This document shows positions 30,925-49,290 of a stretch of 64,000 nucleotides of DNA, one piece after another. This DNA comes from Escherichia phage teqhad: the sequence record NC_054933.1; one strand, 5' to 3'. Positions within the stretch are counted from its first letter, which is position 1. Each line of letters starts with the position of its first letter. Under the pieces are notes generated by a model. The model made no database searches. It saw nothing but the letters and a program-made list of their open reading frames with translations, and was not told where the DNA came from. The position numbers and the translations under genes are program-made.

Positions 30925-32504
30925 GTAATAATACATATCAACACGTTTCTAATGAATCTCGTTATGTAAAATTTGATCCAACTGGTACAAATTTTCCGGA
31001 AGAGATTACTGATGTTCAGGCTGCTATAGCAGCCATTTCTCCTGCTGGCGTAAATGGAGTTCCTGATGCATCGTCAACAACAAAGGGAATTTTATTTCTT
31101 GCCACTGAACAGGAAGTTATAGATGGAACTAATAATACCAAAGCAGTTACACCAGCAACGTTGGCAACAAGATTATCATACCCAAATGCTACCGAAGAAG
31201 TTTATGGACTTACACGTTATTCAACAGACGATGAAGCTGTAGCTGGTGTTAATAATGAATCATCTATAACTCCGGCTAAATTTACTACAGCAATTAATCA
31301 CATTTTTGATACACGAATTTCTTCTGAAAGTTCACTTGGCGTTATTAAGTTATCATCTCTACCGCAAGCATTAGCTGGTGCAGATGATACTACTGCAATG
31401 ACTCCATTAAAAACGCAGCAGTTAGCTATTAAATTAATTGCGCAAATTGCTCCTTCTGAAACCACAGCTACCGAATCGGACCAAGGTGTTGTTCAATTAG
31501 CAACAGTAGCACAGGTTCGTCAGGGAACTTTAAGAGAAGGCTATGCAATTTCTCCTTATACGTTTATGAATTCATCTGCTACTGAAGAATATAAAGGCGT
31601 AATTAAATTAGGAACACAGTCAGAAGTTAACTCGAATAATGCTTCTGTTGCTGTTACTGGTGCAACTCTTAATGGTCGTGGTTCTACAACGTCAATGAGA
31701 GGCGTAGTTAAATTAACTACAACTGCCGGCTCACAGAGTGGAGGTGATGCTTCATCAGCACTAGCTTGGAATGCTGACGTTATCCATCAAAGAGGCGGTC
31801 AAACTATTAATGGAACACTCCGCATTAATAACACGCTTACAATAGCTTCAGGTGGAGCAAATATTACCGGAACAGTTAACATGACCGGTGGTTATATTCA
31901 AGGTAAGCGTGTCGTAACACAAAATGAAATTGATAGAACTATTCCTGTCGGAGCTATTATGATGTGGGCCGCTGATAGTCTTCCTAGTGATGCTTGGCGT
32001 TTTTGCCACGGTGGAACTGTTTCAGCATCAGATTGTCCATTATATGCTTCTAGAATTGGAACAAGATATGGCGGAAGTTCATCAAATCCTGGATTACCTG
32101 ATATGCGTGGTCTTTTTGTTCGCGGCTCTGGTCGTGGCTCTCACTTAACAAATCCAAATGTTAATGGTAATGACCAGTTTGGTAAGCCTAGATTAGGTGT
32201 AGGTTGTACTGGTGGATATGTTGGTGAAGTACAGAAACAACAGATGTCTTATCATAAACATGCTGGCGGATTTGGTGAGCATGATGATTCTGGAGCATTC
32301 GGTAATACCCGTAGATCAAATTTTGTTGGTACACGTAAAGGACTTGACTGGGATAACCGTTCATACTTCACCAATGACGGATATGAAATTGACCCGGCAT
32401 CACAACGAAATTCCAAATATACATTAAATCGTCCTGAATTAATTGGAAATGAAACACGTCCATGGAACATTTCTTTAAACTACATAATTAAGGTAAAAGA
32501 ATGA
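30921..32504 (+). CDS. 12: short tail fibre gp12
   Basis: 527 aa. Confidence 0.95.
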   Translation: MSNNTYQHVSNESRYVKFDPTGTNFPEEITDVQAAIAAISPAGVNGVPDASSTTKGILFLATEQEVIDGTNNTKAVTPATLATRLSYPNATEEVYGLTRYSTDDEAVAGVNNESSITPAKFTTAINHIFDTRISSESSLGVIKLSSLPQALAGADDTTAMTPLKTQQLAIKLIAQIAPSETTATESDQGVVQLATVAQVRQGTLREGYAISPYTFMNSSATEEYKGVIKLGTQSEVNSNNASVAVTGATLNGRGSTTSMRGVVKLTTTAGSQSGGDASSALAWNADVIHQRGGQTINGTLRINNTLTIASGGANITGTVNMTGGYIQGKRVVTQNEIDRTIPVGAIMMWAADSLPSDAWRFCHGGTVSASDCPLYASRIGTRYGGSSSNPGLPDMRGLFVRGSGRGSHLTNPNVNGNDQFGKPRLGVGCTGGYVGEVQKQQMSYHKHAGGFGEHDDSGAFGNTRRSNFVGTRKGLDWDNRSYFTNDGYEIDPASQRNSKYTLNRPELIGNETRPWNISLNYIIKVKE

Positions 32505-33964
32505 CAGATATTGTACTGAATGACTTACCATTCGTTGACGGCCCTCCTGCGGAGGGCCAGAGCCGCATTTCCTGGATTAAAAACGGCGAAGAAATATTAG
32601 GAGCTGACACACAGTATGGAAGCGAAGGTTCAATGAATAGACCTACAGTTTCTGTACTAAGAAATGTTGAAGTTCTTGATAAAAACATTGGAATACTTAA
32701 AACATCTTTAGAAACCGCAAATAGTGATATTAAAACCATCCAGGGCATCTTAGATGTATCTGGTGATATTGAAGCTTTAGCGCAAATAAGTATCAATAAA
32801 AAGGATATTTCTGACCTTAAAACGCTAACCAGTGAACATACAGAAATATTAAATGGAACTAATAGTACAGTTGACAACATTCTTGCTGATATTGGTCCAT
32901 TTAACTCCGAGGCCAACTCTGTATACAGAACGATCAGAAATGATTTACTGTGGATAAAGCGTGAACTTGGACAATACACTGGTCAAGATATTAATGGTCT
33001 TCCTGTTGTAGGAAATCCTAGTAGTGGAATGAAGCATCGCATTATTAATAATACTGATGTCATTACTTCACAGGGAATACGTTTAAGTGAATTAGAAACA
33101 AAATTTATTGAATCTGATGTAGGTTCTTTGACCATTGAAGTTGGTAATCTTCGCGAAGAGCTTGGACCGAAACCACCGTCTTTTTCACAAAACATTTACA
33201 GCCGCTTAAATGAAATTGACACTAAACAGACAACAGTTGAGTCTGACATTAGTGCTATTAAGACCTCAATAGGATATCCAGGAAATAATTCGATTATTAC
33301 GAGTGTTAATACAAACACTGATAATATTGCATCTATTAATTTAGAGCTAAATCAAAGTGGAGGTATTAAACAGCGTTTAACCGTTATTGAAACTTCTATT
33401 GGTTCAGATGATATTCCTTCGAGTATTAAAGGCCAAATCAAAGATAATACAACTTCAATCGAATCTTTAAATGGAATCGTCGGTGAAAACACTTCATCTG
33501 GTTTAAGAGCGAATGTTTCGTGGTTAAACCAAATTGTTGGAACTGATTCTAGCGGTGGACAACCTTCTCCTCCTGGGTCTCTTTTAAACCGAGTTTCTAC
33601 AATTGAAACTTCTGTTTCAGGCTTGAATAACGATGTTCAAAACCTACAAGTAGAGATTGGTAATAACAGCACAGGAATTAAAGGACAAGTTGTAGCGTTA
33701 AATACTTTAGTAAATGGAACTAATCCAAACGGTTCAACTGTTGAAGAACGCGGATTAACCAATTCAATAAAAGCTAACGAAACTAACATTGCATCAGTTA
33801 CACAAGAAGTGAATACAGCTAAAGGCAATATATCTTCTTTACAAGACGATGTTCAAGCTCTCCAAGAAGCCGGTTATATTCCTGAAGCTCCAAAAGATGG
33901 CCAAGCTTACGTTCGTAAAGACGGCGAATGGGTATTGCTTTCTACCTTTTTATCACCAGCATAA
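32501..33964 (+). CDS. wac: fibritin (whisker antigen control)
   Basis: 487 aa coiled-coil with C-terminal foldon [27 protein letters not shown]. Confidence 0.95.
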   Translation: MTDIVLNDLPFVDGPPAEGQSRISWIKNGEEILGADTQYGSEGSMNRPTVSVLRNVEVLDKNIGILKTSLETANSDIKTIQGILDVSGDIEALAQISINKKDISDLKTLTSEHTEILNGTNSTVDNILADIGPFNSEANSVYRTIRNDLLWIKRELGQYTGQDINGLPVVGNPSSGMKHRIINNTDVITSQGIRLSELETKFIESDVGSLTIEVGNLREELGPKPPSFSQNIYSRLNEIDTKQTTVESDISAIKTSIGYPGNNSIITSVNTNTDNIASINLELNQSGGIKQRLTVIETSIGSDDIPSSIKGQIKDNTTSIESLNGIVGENTSSGLRANVSWLNQIVGTDSSGGQPSPPGSLLNRVSTIETSVSGLNNDVQNLQVEIGNNSTGIKGQVVALNTLVNGTNPNGSTVEERGLTNSIKANETNIASVTQEVNTAKGNISSLQDDVQALQEAGYIPEAPKDGQAYVRKDGEWVLLSTFLSPA

Positions 33965-33967
33965 CAT

Positions 33968-33990
33968 GGGGCCGCAAGGCCCCAAAGGAT
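33968..33990 (+). terminator. terminator after wac
   Basis: ggggccgcaaggcccc hairpin followed by a T-rich tract. Confidence 0.6.
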
Positions 33991-33996
33991 TTTTAA

Positions 33997-35698
<1,702 letters not shown>

Positions 35699-35739
35699 TA
35701 AATATTATAAACTAATTAAAGCCCAGATTAGGAGAAATC

Positions 35740-38880
<3,141 letters not shown>

Positions 38881-38908
38881 TATTAAAGCATATTAAAGAG
38901 GATTAAAA

Positions 38909-40888
38909 ATGACTTTATTATCTCCGGGCATTGAGCTCAAAGAAACTACGGTTCAAAGCACCGTGGTTAATAACTCTACTGGTACAGCAGCTTTGGCCGG
39001 TAAATTCCAGTGGGGTCCTGCTTTTCAGATTAAACAGGTTACAAATGAAGTAGATTTAGTTAATACTTTTGGTCAACCAACCGCTGAAACTGCTGACTAT
39101 TTTATGTCTGCGATGAATTTCTTGCAGTACGGAAATGACTTACGAGTAGTTCGTGCTGTTGATAGAGATACCGCTAAAAACTCATCTCCGATTGCTGGTA
39201 ATATTGAATACACAATTTCTACCCCAGGTAGTAACTATGCAGTTGGAGATAAAATCACGGTCAAATATGTTTCAGATGATATTGAAACTGAAGGTAAAAT
39301 TACTGAAGTAGACGCAGATGGAAAAATTAAGAAAATTAATATTCCTACTGCAAAAATTATCGCTAAAGCGAAAGAAGTCGGTGAATATCCGGAATTAGGT
39401 TCTAACTGGACTGCGGAAATTTCTTCGTCTTCCTCTGGTTTAGCTGCAGTAATAACTCTTGGAAAAATTATTACTGATTCTGGTATTTTATTAGCTGAAA
39501 TTGAAAATGCTGAAGCTGCTATGACAGCGGTTGACTTTCAAGCAAATCTCAAAAAATACGGAATTCCAGGAGTAGTAGCTCTTTATCCAGGCGAATTAGG
39601 CGATAAAATTGAAATTGAAATCGTATCTAAAGCTGACTATGCAAAAGGAGCTTCTGCATTACTCCCAATTTATCCAGGTGGTGGTACTCGTGCATCTACT
39701 GCTAAAGCAGTGTTTGGATATGGACCACAAACTGATTCACAGTACGCTATTATAGTTCGTCGTAATGATGCTATTGTTCAAAGCGTTGTTCTTTCAACTA
39801 AGCGTGGTGAAAAAGATATTTACGATAGTAACATCTATATCGATGACTTTTTCACAAAAGGTGGTTCAGAATATATTTTTGCAACTGCACAAAACTGGCC
39901 AGAAGGCTTCTCTGGAATTTTAACTCTGTCTGGTGGATTATCATCAAATGCTGAAGTAACAGCAGGAGATTTGATGGAAGCTTGGGACTTCTTTGCTGAC
40001 CGTGAATCTGTTGATGTTCAATTGTTTATTGCTGGTTCTTGTGCCGGTGAATCTCTTGAAACAGCATCTACTGTCCAAAAACATGTTGTTTCAATTGGTG
40101 ATGCTCGTCAAGATTGCTTAGTATTGTGCTCACCTCCGCGTGAAACTGTAGTTGGAATTCCTGTAACTCGTGCAGTAGATAATTTAGTTAACTGGAGAAC
40201 TGCGGCAGGTTCATACACTGATAATAACTTTAATATCAGTTCAACCTATGCAGCAATCGATGGCAACTACAAATATCAGTATGACAAATATAATGATGTG
40301 AATCGTTGGGTTCCATTAGCAGCTGATATTGCTGGTTTATGCGCAAGAACTGATAACGTATCTCAGACTTGGATGTCTCCAGCTGGTTATAATCGTGGCC
40401 AGATTCTTAACGTTATTAAACTTGCTATTGAAACTCGCCAGGCTCAGCGCGACCGTTTATACCAAGAAGCTATCAACCCAGTAACTGGTACAGGTGGTGA
40501 TGGTTACGTATTGTATGGTGATAAAACAGCTACTTCTGTTCCTTCTCCATTTGATCGTATTAACGTTCGTCGTCTGTTTAATATGTTGAAAACGAATATC
40601 GGACGTAGTTCAAAATATCGTTTGTTCGAATTAAACAACGCGTTTACTCGTTCATCATTCCGCACAGAAACTGCCCAGTACTTACAGGGAATTAAAGCTC
40701 TCGGTGGAATTTATGAATATCGTGTAGTTTGCGATACAACAAATAACACTCCGTCAGTAATTGATAGAAATGAGTTTGTTGCAACATTCTACATCCAACC
40801 GGCTAGAAGCATTAACTACATTACCTTAAACTTCGTAGCAACTGCTACTGGTGCAGATTTCGATGAGTTAACTGGTCTTGCAGGTTAA
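38909..40888 (+). CDS. 18: tail sheath protein gp18
   Basis: 659 aa. Confidence 0.97.
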   Translation: MTLLSPGIELKETTVQSTVVNNSTGTAALAGKFQWGPAFQIKQVTNEVDLVNTFGQPTAETADYFMSAMNFLQYGNDLRVVRAVDRDTAKNSSPIAGNIEYTISTPGSNYAVGDKITVKYVSDDIETEGKITEVDADGKIKKINIPTAKIIAKAKEVGEYPELGSNWTAEISSSSSGLAAVITLGKIITDSGILLAEIENAEAAMTAVDFQANLKKYGIPGVVALYPGELGDKIEIEIVSKADYAKGASALLPIYPGGGTRASTAKAVFGYGPQTDSQYAIIVRRNDAIVQSVVLSTKRGEKDIYDSNIYIDDFFTKGGSEYIFATAQNWPEGFSGILTLSGGLSSNAEVTAGDLMEAWDFFADRESVDVQLFIAGSCAGESLETASTVQKHVVSIGDARQDCLVLCSPPRETVVGIPVTRAVDNLVNWRTAAGSYTDNNFNISSTYAAIDGNYKYQYDKYNDVNRWVPLAADIAGLCARTDNVSQTWMSPAGYNRGQILNVIKLAIETRQAQRDRLYQEAINPVTGTGGDGYVLYGDKTATSVPSPFDRINVRRLFNMLKTNIGRSSKYRLFELNNAFTRSSFRTETAQYLQGIKALGGIYEYRVVCDTTNNTPSVIDRNEFVATFYIQPARSINYITLNFVATATGADFDELTGLAG

Positions 40889-40904
40889 TACAGTGCATTC
40901 TAAA

Positions 40905-40922
40905 GGCCTGTTTCGGCAGGCC
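40905..40922 (+). terminator. hairpin terminator after gene 18
   Basis: ggcctgtttcggcaggcc. Confidence 0.5.
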
Positions 40923-40923
40923 A

Positions 40924-40990
40924 TATAAATACACTATATCCTTAATTCTTTAATTCTATATGCCCTAGGTTAAACATAGGGATATAAATA
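40924..40990 (+). promoter_or_regulatory. two late-promoter TATAAATA boxes upstream of gene 19
   Basis: TATAAATA at about 40924..40931 and 40983..40990. Confidence 0.6.
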
Positions 40991-41004
40991 CTACAGAGGC
41001 TAAT

Positions 41005-41496
41005 ATGTTTGTAGATGATGTAACACGAGCGTTTGAATCTGGTGATTTTGCTCGACCTAACTTATTCCAAGTAGAAATTTCTTATCTTGGACAAAATTTT
41101 ACGTTTCAATGTAAAGCCACTGCTTTACCAGCTGGTATTGTAGAAAAAATTCCAGTCGGATTTATGAACCGTAAAATTAACGTAGCAGGCGATCGTACAT
41201 TCGATGACTGGACTGTTACAGTAATGAACGATGAAGCTCATGATGCTCGCCAGAAGTTTGTTGATTGGCAAAGCATTGCTGCAGGACAAGGAAACGAAAT
41301 TACTGGTGGAAAACCTGCAGAGTATAAAAAGAGCGCTATCGTTCGTCAATATGCTCGTGACGCTAAAACAGTAACAAAAGAAATTGAAATTAAAGGTCTG
41401 TGGCCTACTAACGTGGGTGAACTTCAATTAGATTGGGATTCAAACAATGAAATCCAAACCTTTGAAGTAACTCTTGCTCTCGATTATTGGGAATAA
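41005..41496 (+). CDS. 19: tail tube protein gp19
   Basis: 163 aa. Confidence 0.97.
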   Translation: MFVDDVTRAFESGDFARPNLFQVEISYLGQNFTFQCKATALPAGIVEKIPVGFMNRKINVAGDRTFDDWTVTVMNDEAHDARQKFVDWQSIAAGQGNEITGGKPAEYKKSAIVRQYARDAKTVTKEIEIKGLWPTNVGELQLDWDSNNEIQTFEVTLALDYWE

Positions 41497-41528
41497 AATG
41501 AATGGGGAGAAATCCCCATCCTGCTTAA

Positions 41529-43153
<1,625 letters not shown>

Positions 43154-43154
<1 letters not shown>

Positions 43155-43393
43155 TGGAAGGTTTAATTGAAGCTATTAAATCAAACGACCTCGTAGCCGC
43201 TCGTAAATTATTTGCTGAAGCCATGGCTGCAAGAACGACTGATTTAATCAAAGAAGAAAAAATCGCTATCGCTCGTAATTTCTTAATCGAAGGTGAAGAA
43301 CCTGAAGACGAGGATGAAGATGATGACGAAGATAGTGATGATAAAGACGACAAAAAAGACAAAGACTCTGACGAAGACGAGGATGATGAATAA
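43154..43393 (+). CDS. 67: prohead core protein gp67
   Basis: 79 aa with a poly-acidic C-terminus. Confidence 0.9.
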
Positions 43394-43818
43394 TGCTTCT
43401 GATCCCTGAAACTCATGAATTAGTTCTCGAGAATGTCGAAGCACTTATTCCTGAAGCACAGGGTCGCTTTGACGAGTTGTCTTCTGCTTTAAATAAAGAC
43501 GATATAAATAAAATTATCGAGAATATGCTTGATGATGAAACTGATTTAGCGGTTGCATTAGCTTCTATTAATGAAAATATGCCGTTAAATGAATTTATCG
43601 TTAAACATGTTTCTGCCCGTGGTGAAATTACTCGCACTAAAGATCGCAAAACCCGCGAACGTAATGCATTTCAAACTACCGGGTTGTCTAAAGCAAAACG
43701 TAGACAAATTGCTCGTAAAGCTACCAAAACGAAGATTGCCAATCCAGCAGGTCAATCTCGTGCTCAGCGTAAGCGTAAAAAAGCTCTTAAACGCCGTAAA
43801 GCATTAGGATTAAGCTAA
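43393..43818 (+). CDS. 68: prohead core protein gp68
   Basis: 141 aa. Confidence 0.9.
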   Translation: MLLIPETHELVLENVEALIPEAQGRFDELSSALNKDDINKIIENMLDDETDLAVALASINENMPLNEFIVKHVSARGEITRTKDRKTRERNAFQTTGLSKAKRRQIARKATKTKIANPAGQSRAQRKRKKALKRRKALGLS

Positions 43819-44456
43819 TGAATGAACCCCAATTACTAATTGAAACTTGGGGTCAACCTGGCGAAATTATTGATGGCGTACCAATGCTTGAATCTCATGA
43901 TGGAAAAGACTTAGGCTTAAAACCTGGTTTATACATCGAAGGAATATTCATGCAAGCGGAAGTCGTCAATAGAAATAAACGTCTTTATCCAAAACGTATA
44001 TTAGAAAAAGCGGTAAAAGACTATATTAATGAGCAAGTTTTAACTAAACAAGCTCTCGGAGAATTAAATCATCCTCCACGCGCTAATGTTGACCCGATGC
44101 AAGCCGCTATCATTATAGAAGATATGTGGTGGAAAGGAAATGACGTATACGGACGAGCTCGTGTTATTGAAGGTGACCATGGTCCTGGAGATAAATTAGC
44201 AGCTAATATTCGTGCCGGATGGATTCCAGGAGTTTCTTCTCGTGGATTAGGTTCATTGACTGACACAAATAAAGGTTATCGTATCGTAAACGAAGGATTC
44301 AAATTAACTGTAGGTGTTGATGCAGTATGGGGTCCAAGTGCTCCAGATGCATGGGTAACTCCTAAGGAAATTACCGAATCACAGACGGCGGAAGCCGATA
44401 CAAGTGCCGATGACGCCTATATGGCTCTCGCAGAGGCCATGAAAAAAGCGTTATAA
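43818..44456 (+). CDS. 21: prohead core protease gp21
   Basis: 212 aa. Confidence 0.95.
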   Translation: MNEPQLLIETWGQPGEIIDGVPMLESHDGKDLGLKPGLYIEGIFMQAEVVNRNKRLYPKRILEKAVKDYINEQVLTKQALGELNHPPRANVDPMQAAIIIEDMWWKGNDVYGRARVIEGDHGPGDKLAANIRAGWIPGVSSRGLGSLTDTNKGYRIVNEGFKLTVGVDAVWGPSAPDAWVTPKEITESQTAEADTSADDAYMALAEAMKKAL

Positions 44457-44459
44457 ATA
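44452..44459 (+). promoter_or_regulatory. late promoter TATAAATA upstream of gene 22
   Basis: TATAAATA overlapping the gp21 stop. Confidence 0.6.
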
Positions 44460-44486
44460 TTATTATCTAAACAACAGGACTACAAA

Positions 44487-45296
44487 ATGCTTAAAGAACA
44501 ACTGATTGCCGAAGCGCAGAAAATTGATGCTTCCGTTGCTCTTGATAGTATTTTCGAATCAGTTAATATTTCTCCGGAAGCAAAAGAAACTTTCGGCACT
44601 GTATTCGAAGCTACCGTCAAGCAGCACGCCGTTAAATTAGCTGAATCTCATATCGCTAAAATTGCTGAAAAAGCAGAAGAAGAAGTAGAAAAAAATAAAG
44701 AAGAAGCAGAAGAAAAAGCTGAGAAGAAAATCGCTGAGCAAGCTTCTAAATTCCTTGACCATCTTGCAAAAGAATGGCTCACTGAAAATAAATTAGCAGT
44801 AGATAAAGGCATTAAAGCCGAACTGTTTGAATCCATGCTTGGTGGATTGAAAGAGCTCTTCGTTGAACACAACGTTGTTGTTCCAGAAGAATCAGTTGAT
44901 GTTGTAGCTGAAATGGAAGAAGAACTGCAAGAACATAAAGAAGAATCAGCTCGTCTGTTCGAAGAACTCAATAAGCGTGACGCATATATCAATTATGTGC
45001 AGCGTGAAGTGGCATTGAGCGAAAGTACTAAAGATCTGACTGAGTCTCAAAAAGAAAAAGTCTCTGCTCTGGTCGAAGGTATTGATTATTCAGATGCATT
45101 CTCAAGCAAATTGAGTGCCATCGTAGAAATGGTGAAGAAATCTAATAAAGATGAAAGCACTATTACTGAGAGTATAAATACTCCTGATACTGAAGCAGCC
45201 GGACTGAATTTCGTCACTGAAGCTGTAGAAGATAAATCTGCACAAGGTGCAGAAGATATTGTAAGTGTATATGCGAAAGTCGCATCTCGTTTCTAA
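44487..45296 (+). CDS. 22: prohead core scaffold protein gp22
   Basis: 269 aa, E/K-rich helical. Confidence 0.95.
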   Translation: MLKEQLIAEAQKIDASVALDSIFESVNISPEAKETFGTVFEATVKQHAVKLAESHIAKIAEKAEEEVEKNKEEAEEKAEKKIAEQASKFLDHLAKEWLTENKLAVDKGIKAELFESMLGGLKELFVEHNVVVPEESVDVVAEMEEELQEHKEESARLFEELNKRDAYINYVQREVALSESTKDLTESQKEKVSALVEGIDYSDAFSSKLSAIVEMVKKSNKDESTITESINTPDTEAAGLNFVTEAVEDKSAQGAEDIVSVYAKVASRF

Positions 45297-45314
45297 TTTT
45301 AAAGGTTAACACAA

Positions 45315-46880
45315 ATGACTATCAAAACTAAAGCTGAACTTTTGAACAAATGGAAGCCATTACTGGAAGGTGAAGGTTTACCGGAAATTGCTAATAGCAA
45401 ACAAGCGATTATCGCTAAAATCTTTGAAAACCAGGAAAAAGATTTCCAGACAGCTCCGGAATATAAAGACGAAAAAATTGCTCAGGCGTTCGGTTCTTTC
45501 TTAACAGAAGCTGAAATCGGTGGTGACCACGGTTACAACGCTACTAACATCGCTGCTGGTCAGACTTCTGGCGCAGTAACTCAGATTGGCCCAGCTGTTA
45601 TGGGTATGGTACGTCGTGCTATTCCTAACCTGATTGCTTTCGATATTTGCGGTGTTCAGCCGATGAACAGCCCGACTGGCCAGGTATTCGCACTGCGCGC
45701 AGTATATGGTAAAGACCCAATCGCTTCCGGTGCTAAAGAAGCATTCCACCCAATGTATGGTCCAGATGCAATGTTCTCTGGTCAGGGTGCTGCTAAGAAA
45801 TTCCCAGCTCTGGCTGCTAGTACTGAAACTGTTGTAGGTGATATCTATACTCACTTCTTCCAGGAAACCGGTACTGTATATCTGCAAGCTTCAGCTGTTG
45901 TGACAATTGATTCTAGTGCAAATGATGCAGCTAAATTAGATGCTGAAATTAAGAAACAAATGGAAGCAGGTGTACTGGTAGAAATCGCTGAAGGTATGGC
46001 TACTTCTATCGCTGAACTTCAGGAAGGTTTCAACGGTTCTACCGATAACCCATGGAATGAAATGGGCTTCCGTATCGATAAACAAGTTATCGAAGCTAAA
46101 TCTCGTCAGCTGAAAGCTGCTTACTCTATCGAATTAGCACAAGACCTCCGCGCTGTTCACGGTATGGATGCTGATGCTGAACTGTCTGGTATTCTGGCTA
46201 CCGAAATCATGCTGGAAATCAACCGTGAAGTTGTTGATTGGATTAACTACTCAGCTCAGGTTGGTAAATCTGGTATGACCCTGACTCCGGGTTCTAAAGC
46301 TGGTGTGTTTGACTTCCAGGATCCAATTGATATTCGTGGTGCTCGCTGGGCGGGTGAATCCTTTAAAGCTCTGTTGTTCCAGATTGACAAAGAAGCAGTT
46401 GAAATTGCTCGTCAGACCGGTCGTGGTGAAGGTAACTTCATTATCGCTTCCCGTAACGTAGTTAACGTTCTGGCTTCAGTTGATACTGGCATTTCTTATG
46501 CTGCACAGGGTCTGGCTACCGGCTTTAACACTGATACTACCAAGTCAGTATTTGCTGGTGTTCTGGGTGGTAAATACCGTGTATATATCGACCAGTATGC
46601 TAAACAGGATTATTTCACTGTAGGTTATAAAGGTCCGAACGAAATGGATGCTGGTATTTACTACGCTCCATATGTAGCTCTGACTCCGCTGCGTGGTTCC
46701 GATCCGAAGAACTTCCAACCAGTAATGGGATTCAAAACTCGTTACGGTATCGGTATCAACCCATTTGCAGAATCCGCTGCTCAGGCTCCGGCTTCTCGCA
46801 TCCAGAGCGGTATGCCTTCTATTCTGAATAGCCTTGGTAAAAACGCTTACTTCCGCCGTGTATATGTTAAAGGTATCTAA
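45315..46880 (+). CDS. 23: major capsid protein gp23
   Basis: 521 aa, MTIKTKAELLNKWKPLLEGEGLPEIANSKQAIIAKIFENQ. Confidence 0.98.
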   Translation: MTIKTKAELLNKWKPLLEGEGLPEIANSKQAIIAKIFENQEKDFQTAPEYKDEKIAQAFGSFLTEAEIGGDHGYNATNIAAGQTSGAVTQIGPAVMGMVRRAIPNLIAFDICGVQPMNSPTGQVFALRAVYGKDPIASGAKEAFHPMYGPDAMFSGQGAAKKFPALAASTETVVGDIYTHFFQETGTVYLQASAVVTIDSSANDAAKLDAEIKKQMEAGVLVEIAEGMATSIAELQEGFNGSTDNPWNEMGFRIDKQVIEAKSRQLKAAYSIELAQDLRAVHGMDADAELSGILATEIMLEINREVVDWINYSAQVGKSGMTLTPGSKAGVFDFQDPIDIRGARWAGESFKALLFQIDKEAVEIARQTGRGEGNFIIASRNVVNVLASVDTGISYAAQGLATGFNTDTTKSVFAGVLGGKYRVYIDQYAKQDYFTVGYKGPNEMDAGIYYAPYVALTPLRGSDPKNFQPVMGFKTRYGIGINPFAESAAQAPASRIQSGMPSILNSLGKNAYFRRVYVKGI

Positions 46881-46894
46881 TCTTTGACGATTTA

Positions 46895-46925
46895 AGGGAC
46901 CTTCGGGTCCCTTTAGTTGTTTTTA
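46895..46925 (+). terminator. terminator after gene 23
   Basis: gggaccttcgggtccc hairpin followed by a T-rich tract. Confidence 0.65.
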
Positions 46926-46928
46926 TGG

Positions 46929-46936
46929 TATAAATA
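46929..46936 (+). promoter_or_regulatory. late promoter TATAAATA upstream of gene 24
   Basis: TATAAATA about 28 nt before the gp24 ATG. Confidence 0.6.
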
Positions 46937-46963
46937 AATCATATAAACCAAAAGGAAAGCGCA

Positions 46964-48247
46964 ATGGCTAAAATCAACGAACTTCTGCGCGAATCAACCA
47001 CAACGAATAGCAACTCAATCGGTCGCCCAAATCTCGTTGCTTTGACTCGCGCTACCACTAAATTAATATATTCTGACATTGTAGCAACGCAAAGAACTAA
47101 TCAACCTGTTGCTGCTTTTTATGGTATCAAATACCTTAACCCAGATAACGAATTTACATTTAAAACTGGTGCTACTTACGCTGGCGAAGCTGGATACGTA
47201 GACCGAGAACAAATCACAGAATTAACAGAAGAGTCTAAATTAACTCTCAATAAAGGCGATTTATTCAAATATAATAATATCGTTTATAAAGTATTAGAAA
47301 ATACACCATTTGCTGATATTGAAGAAAGTGATTTAGAATTAGCTCTTCAGATTGCAATTGTTCTTTTAAAGGTTCGTCTATTTTCTGATGCTGCAGTAAC
47401 AAGCAAATTTGAAAGCTCTGATAGTGAAATTGCGGATGCTAGATTCCAGATTAATAAATGGCAAACCGCAGTTAAATCTCGTAAACTTAAAACTGGCATT
47501 ACAGTTGAATTAGCACAAGATTTAGAAGCAAATGGATTCGATGCTCCTAATTTCTTGGAAGATTTGCTTGCAACCGAAATGGCAGATGAAATCAATAAAG
47601 ATATTCTGCAGTCTTTGATTACAGTGTCAAAACGCTATAAAGTTACAGGAATTACTGATACTGGATTCATTGATTTGAGTTATGCATCTGCACCTGAAGC
47701 CGGTCGTTCATTATACCGAATGGCGTGTGAAATGGTTTCACATATCCAGAAAGAATCAACTTATACAGCAACGTTCTGTGTTGCTTCAGCTCGTGCTGCT
47801 GCGATTCTTGCTGCATCAGGTTGGTTAAAACATAAACCAGAAGATGACAAATATCTTTCACAAAATGCCTATGGGTTCTTAGCTAATGGTTTACCGCTTT
47901 ATTGCGATACCAACAGCCCATTAGATTATGTAATCGTTGGCGTAGTAGAAAATATCGGTGAAAAAGAAATTGTTGGATCAATTTTCTATGCTCCGTATAC
48001 AGAAGGTCTTGACTTAGATGACCCTGAACATGTAGGTGCATTTAAAGTTGTAGTTGATCCAGAAAGTTTGCAGCCATCTATCGGTTTATTAGTTAGATAT
48101 GCTTTATCTGCAAATCCTTACACTGTAGCAAAAGATGAAAAAGAAGCAAGAGTAATTGACGGTGGAGACATGGATAAAATGGCGGGTCGTTCAGATTTGT
48201 CTGTTTTATTAGGTGTTAAGCTACCAAAAATTATCGTTGATGAATAA
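46964..48247 (+). CDS. 24: capsid vertex protein gp24
   Basis: 427 aa, gp23 paralog. Confidence 0.97.
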   Translation: MAKINELLRESTTTNSNSIGRPNLVALTRATTKLIYSDIVATQRTNQPVAAFYGIKYLNPDNEFTFKTGATYAGEAGYVDREQITELTEESKLTLNKGDLFKYNNIVYKVLENTPFADIEESDLELALQIAIVLLKVRLFSDAAVTSKFESSDSEIADARFQINKWQTAVKSRKLKTGITVELAQDLEANGFDAPNFLEDLLATEMADEINKDILQSLITVSKRYKVTGITDTGFIDLSYASAPEAGRSLYRMACEMVSHIQKESTYTATFCVASARAAAILAASGWLKHKPEDDKYLSQNAYGFLANGLPLYCDTNSPLDYVIVGVVENIGEKEIVGSIFYAPYTEGLDLDDPEHVGAFKVVVDPESLQPSIGLLVRYALSANPYTVAKDEKEARVIDGGDMDKMAGRSDLSVLLGVKLPKIIVDE

Positions 48248-48253
48248 AACAAA

Positions 48254-48274
48254 GGGACCGAAAGGTCCCTTTTT
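48254..48274. terminator. bidirectional terminator between gene 24 (+) and rnlB (-)
   Basis: gggaccgaaaggtccc hairpin flanked by A-run and T-run. Confidence 0.65.
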
Positions 48275-48276
48275 AT

Positions 48277-49281
48277 TTAACTTACCAATTCAATCCAAGC
48301 CGGACGAAGTACATCTTGTACCATTTTAACTAATTCCTTCTTAATCAAAGAAGGATTATCCGCTTGAGCTAAAGTAATACCTTCACGAGAAGTTTCTTCC
48401 AAAATATCTTGAACAGTTAGTCCCATCACCTTTCCAAAATCCTTTGGACCAATTTCGCCAATTTTAGAAATAACGTTATTTACTCGATTCAGTGTAACGT
48501 AACAAGCTAAAATTCCAACCAATTTGTTATCAGCTTCTGACAGTTCAACTTTAGCTTTAATAGGCTTATCAGACTTTTTCTTTTCACTAAATTTAGAGTT
48601 CTTGCATTTGATGGCTACACGATTGCGATTAGGCAGCCAAGAAGGATAACAAGGTTTCAATACATATCCTTCAGCAGTAAATACTTCGCCTTTTGCTTCA
48701 GCATTCCAAACGCATTTATTTGCATCAACTAATCCAGCATGGTCTACTGTAAAATTATAATCTTGGACGACAGAATCTAAATCATTTGGCAATTTAATAA
48801 GTTCTTCAAATTTACCGCGACCTAAAAGTGGAGCCATTTTAAATTTAAATGTATTACAAAATGATTCCATCATATAATCATCGACATAAGTTACATCACC
48901 ACTTTCGGTAGTAACAATAATGTCAAATACATAAAAATCTTTATCACCATAATCGACATTCTTCTGAATGCCAGGTCCAGCGAATTCGCCAAAGACTTGA
49001 TAAGATACAACCGCTGAAGTTTCCATAATATCTTGTACTGCTTTAATAGAATCAGCGTAATTCTTCAAAATAATTTCATACCCAAAGAAATCTTCAGCAG
49101 GAAGAATAGGACCAGTGCGTTTAGCACAAGTTACTTTATCACGCTCAATAATCAACGAGAAATTTGTGCCATGAATCTTTTCACGAGCCACCCATTCGCC
49201 ACCAGTCAATCCCAAGCTATAAAGTTTTTCAATAAATTTAGAGTTGTAATGATTTTCAAGACTGCTATACTTTTTAAACAT
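48277..49281 (-). CDS. rnlB: RNA ligase 2
   Basis: 334 aa; nucleotidyltransferase motif I EKIHGTN. Confidence 0.93.
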   Translation of the reverse strand: MFKKYSSLENHYNSKFIEKLYSLGLTGGEWVAREKIHGTNFSLIIERDKVTCAKRTGPILPAEDFFGYEIILKNYADSIKAVQDIMETSAVVSYQVFGEFAGPGIQKNVDYGDKDFYVFDIIVTTESGDVTYVDDYMMESFCNTFKFKMAPLLGRGKFEELIKLPNDLDSVVQDYNFTVDHAGLVDANKCVWNAEAKGEVFTAEGYVLKPCYPSWLPNRNRVAIKCKNSKFSEKKKSDKPIKAKVELSEADNKLVGILACYVTLNRVNNVISKIGEIGPKDFGKVMGLTVQDILEETSREGITLAQADNPSLIKKELVKMVQDVLRPAWIELVS

Positions 49282-49290
49282 AATTAATCC

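Noticed and set aside
32488-32979. 163-aa minus-strand ORF inside the gp12/wac region, and similar antisense ORFs (44648..44992, 45501..45887, 26876..27211, 21160..21378)
   Set aside because: They lie wholly antisense to well-supported structural genes and have no start context or motifs; chance open frames.
46881-46963. Possible homing endonuclease between genes 23 and 24 (segD position in T4)
   Set aside because: Only about 83 nt of intergenic sequence here, holding a terminator hairpin and a TATAAATA box; no ORF. The same holds at the 5.1/5.4 and inh/uvsW junctions.
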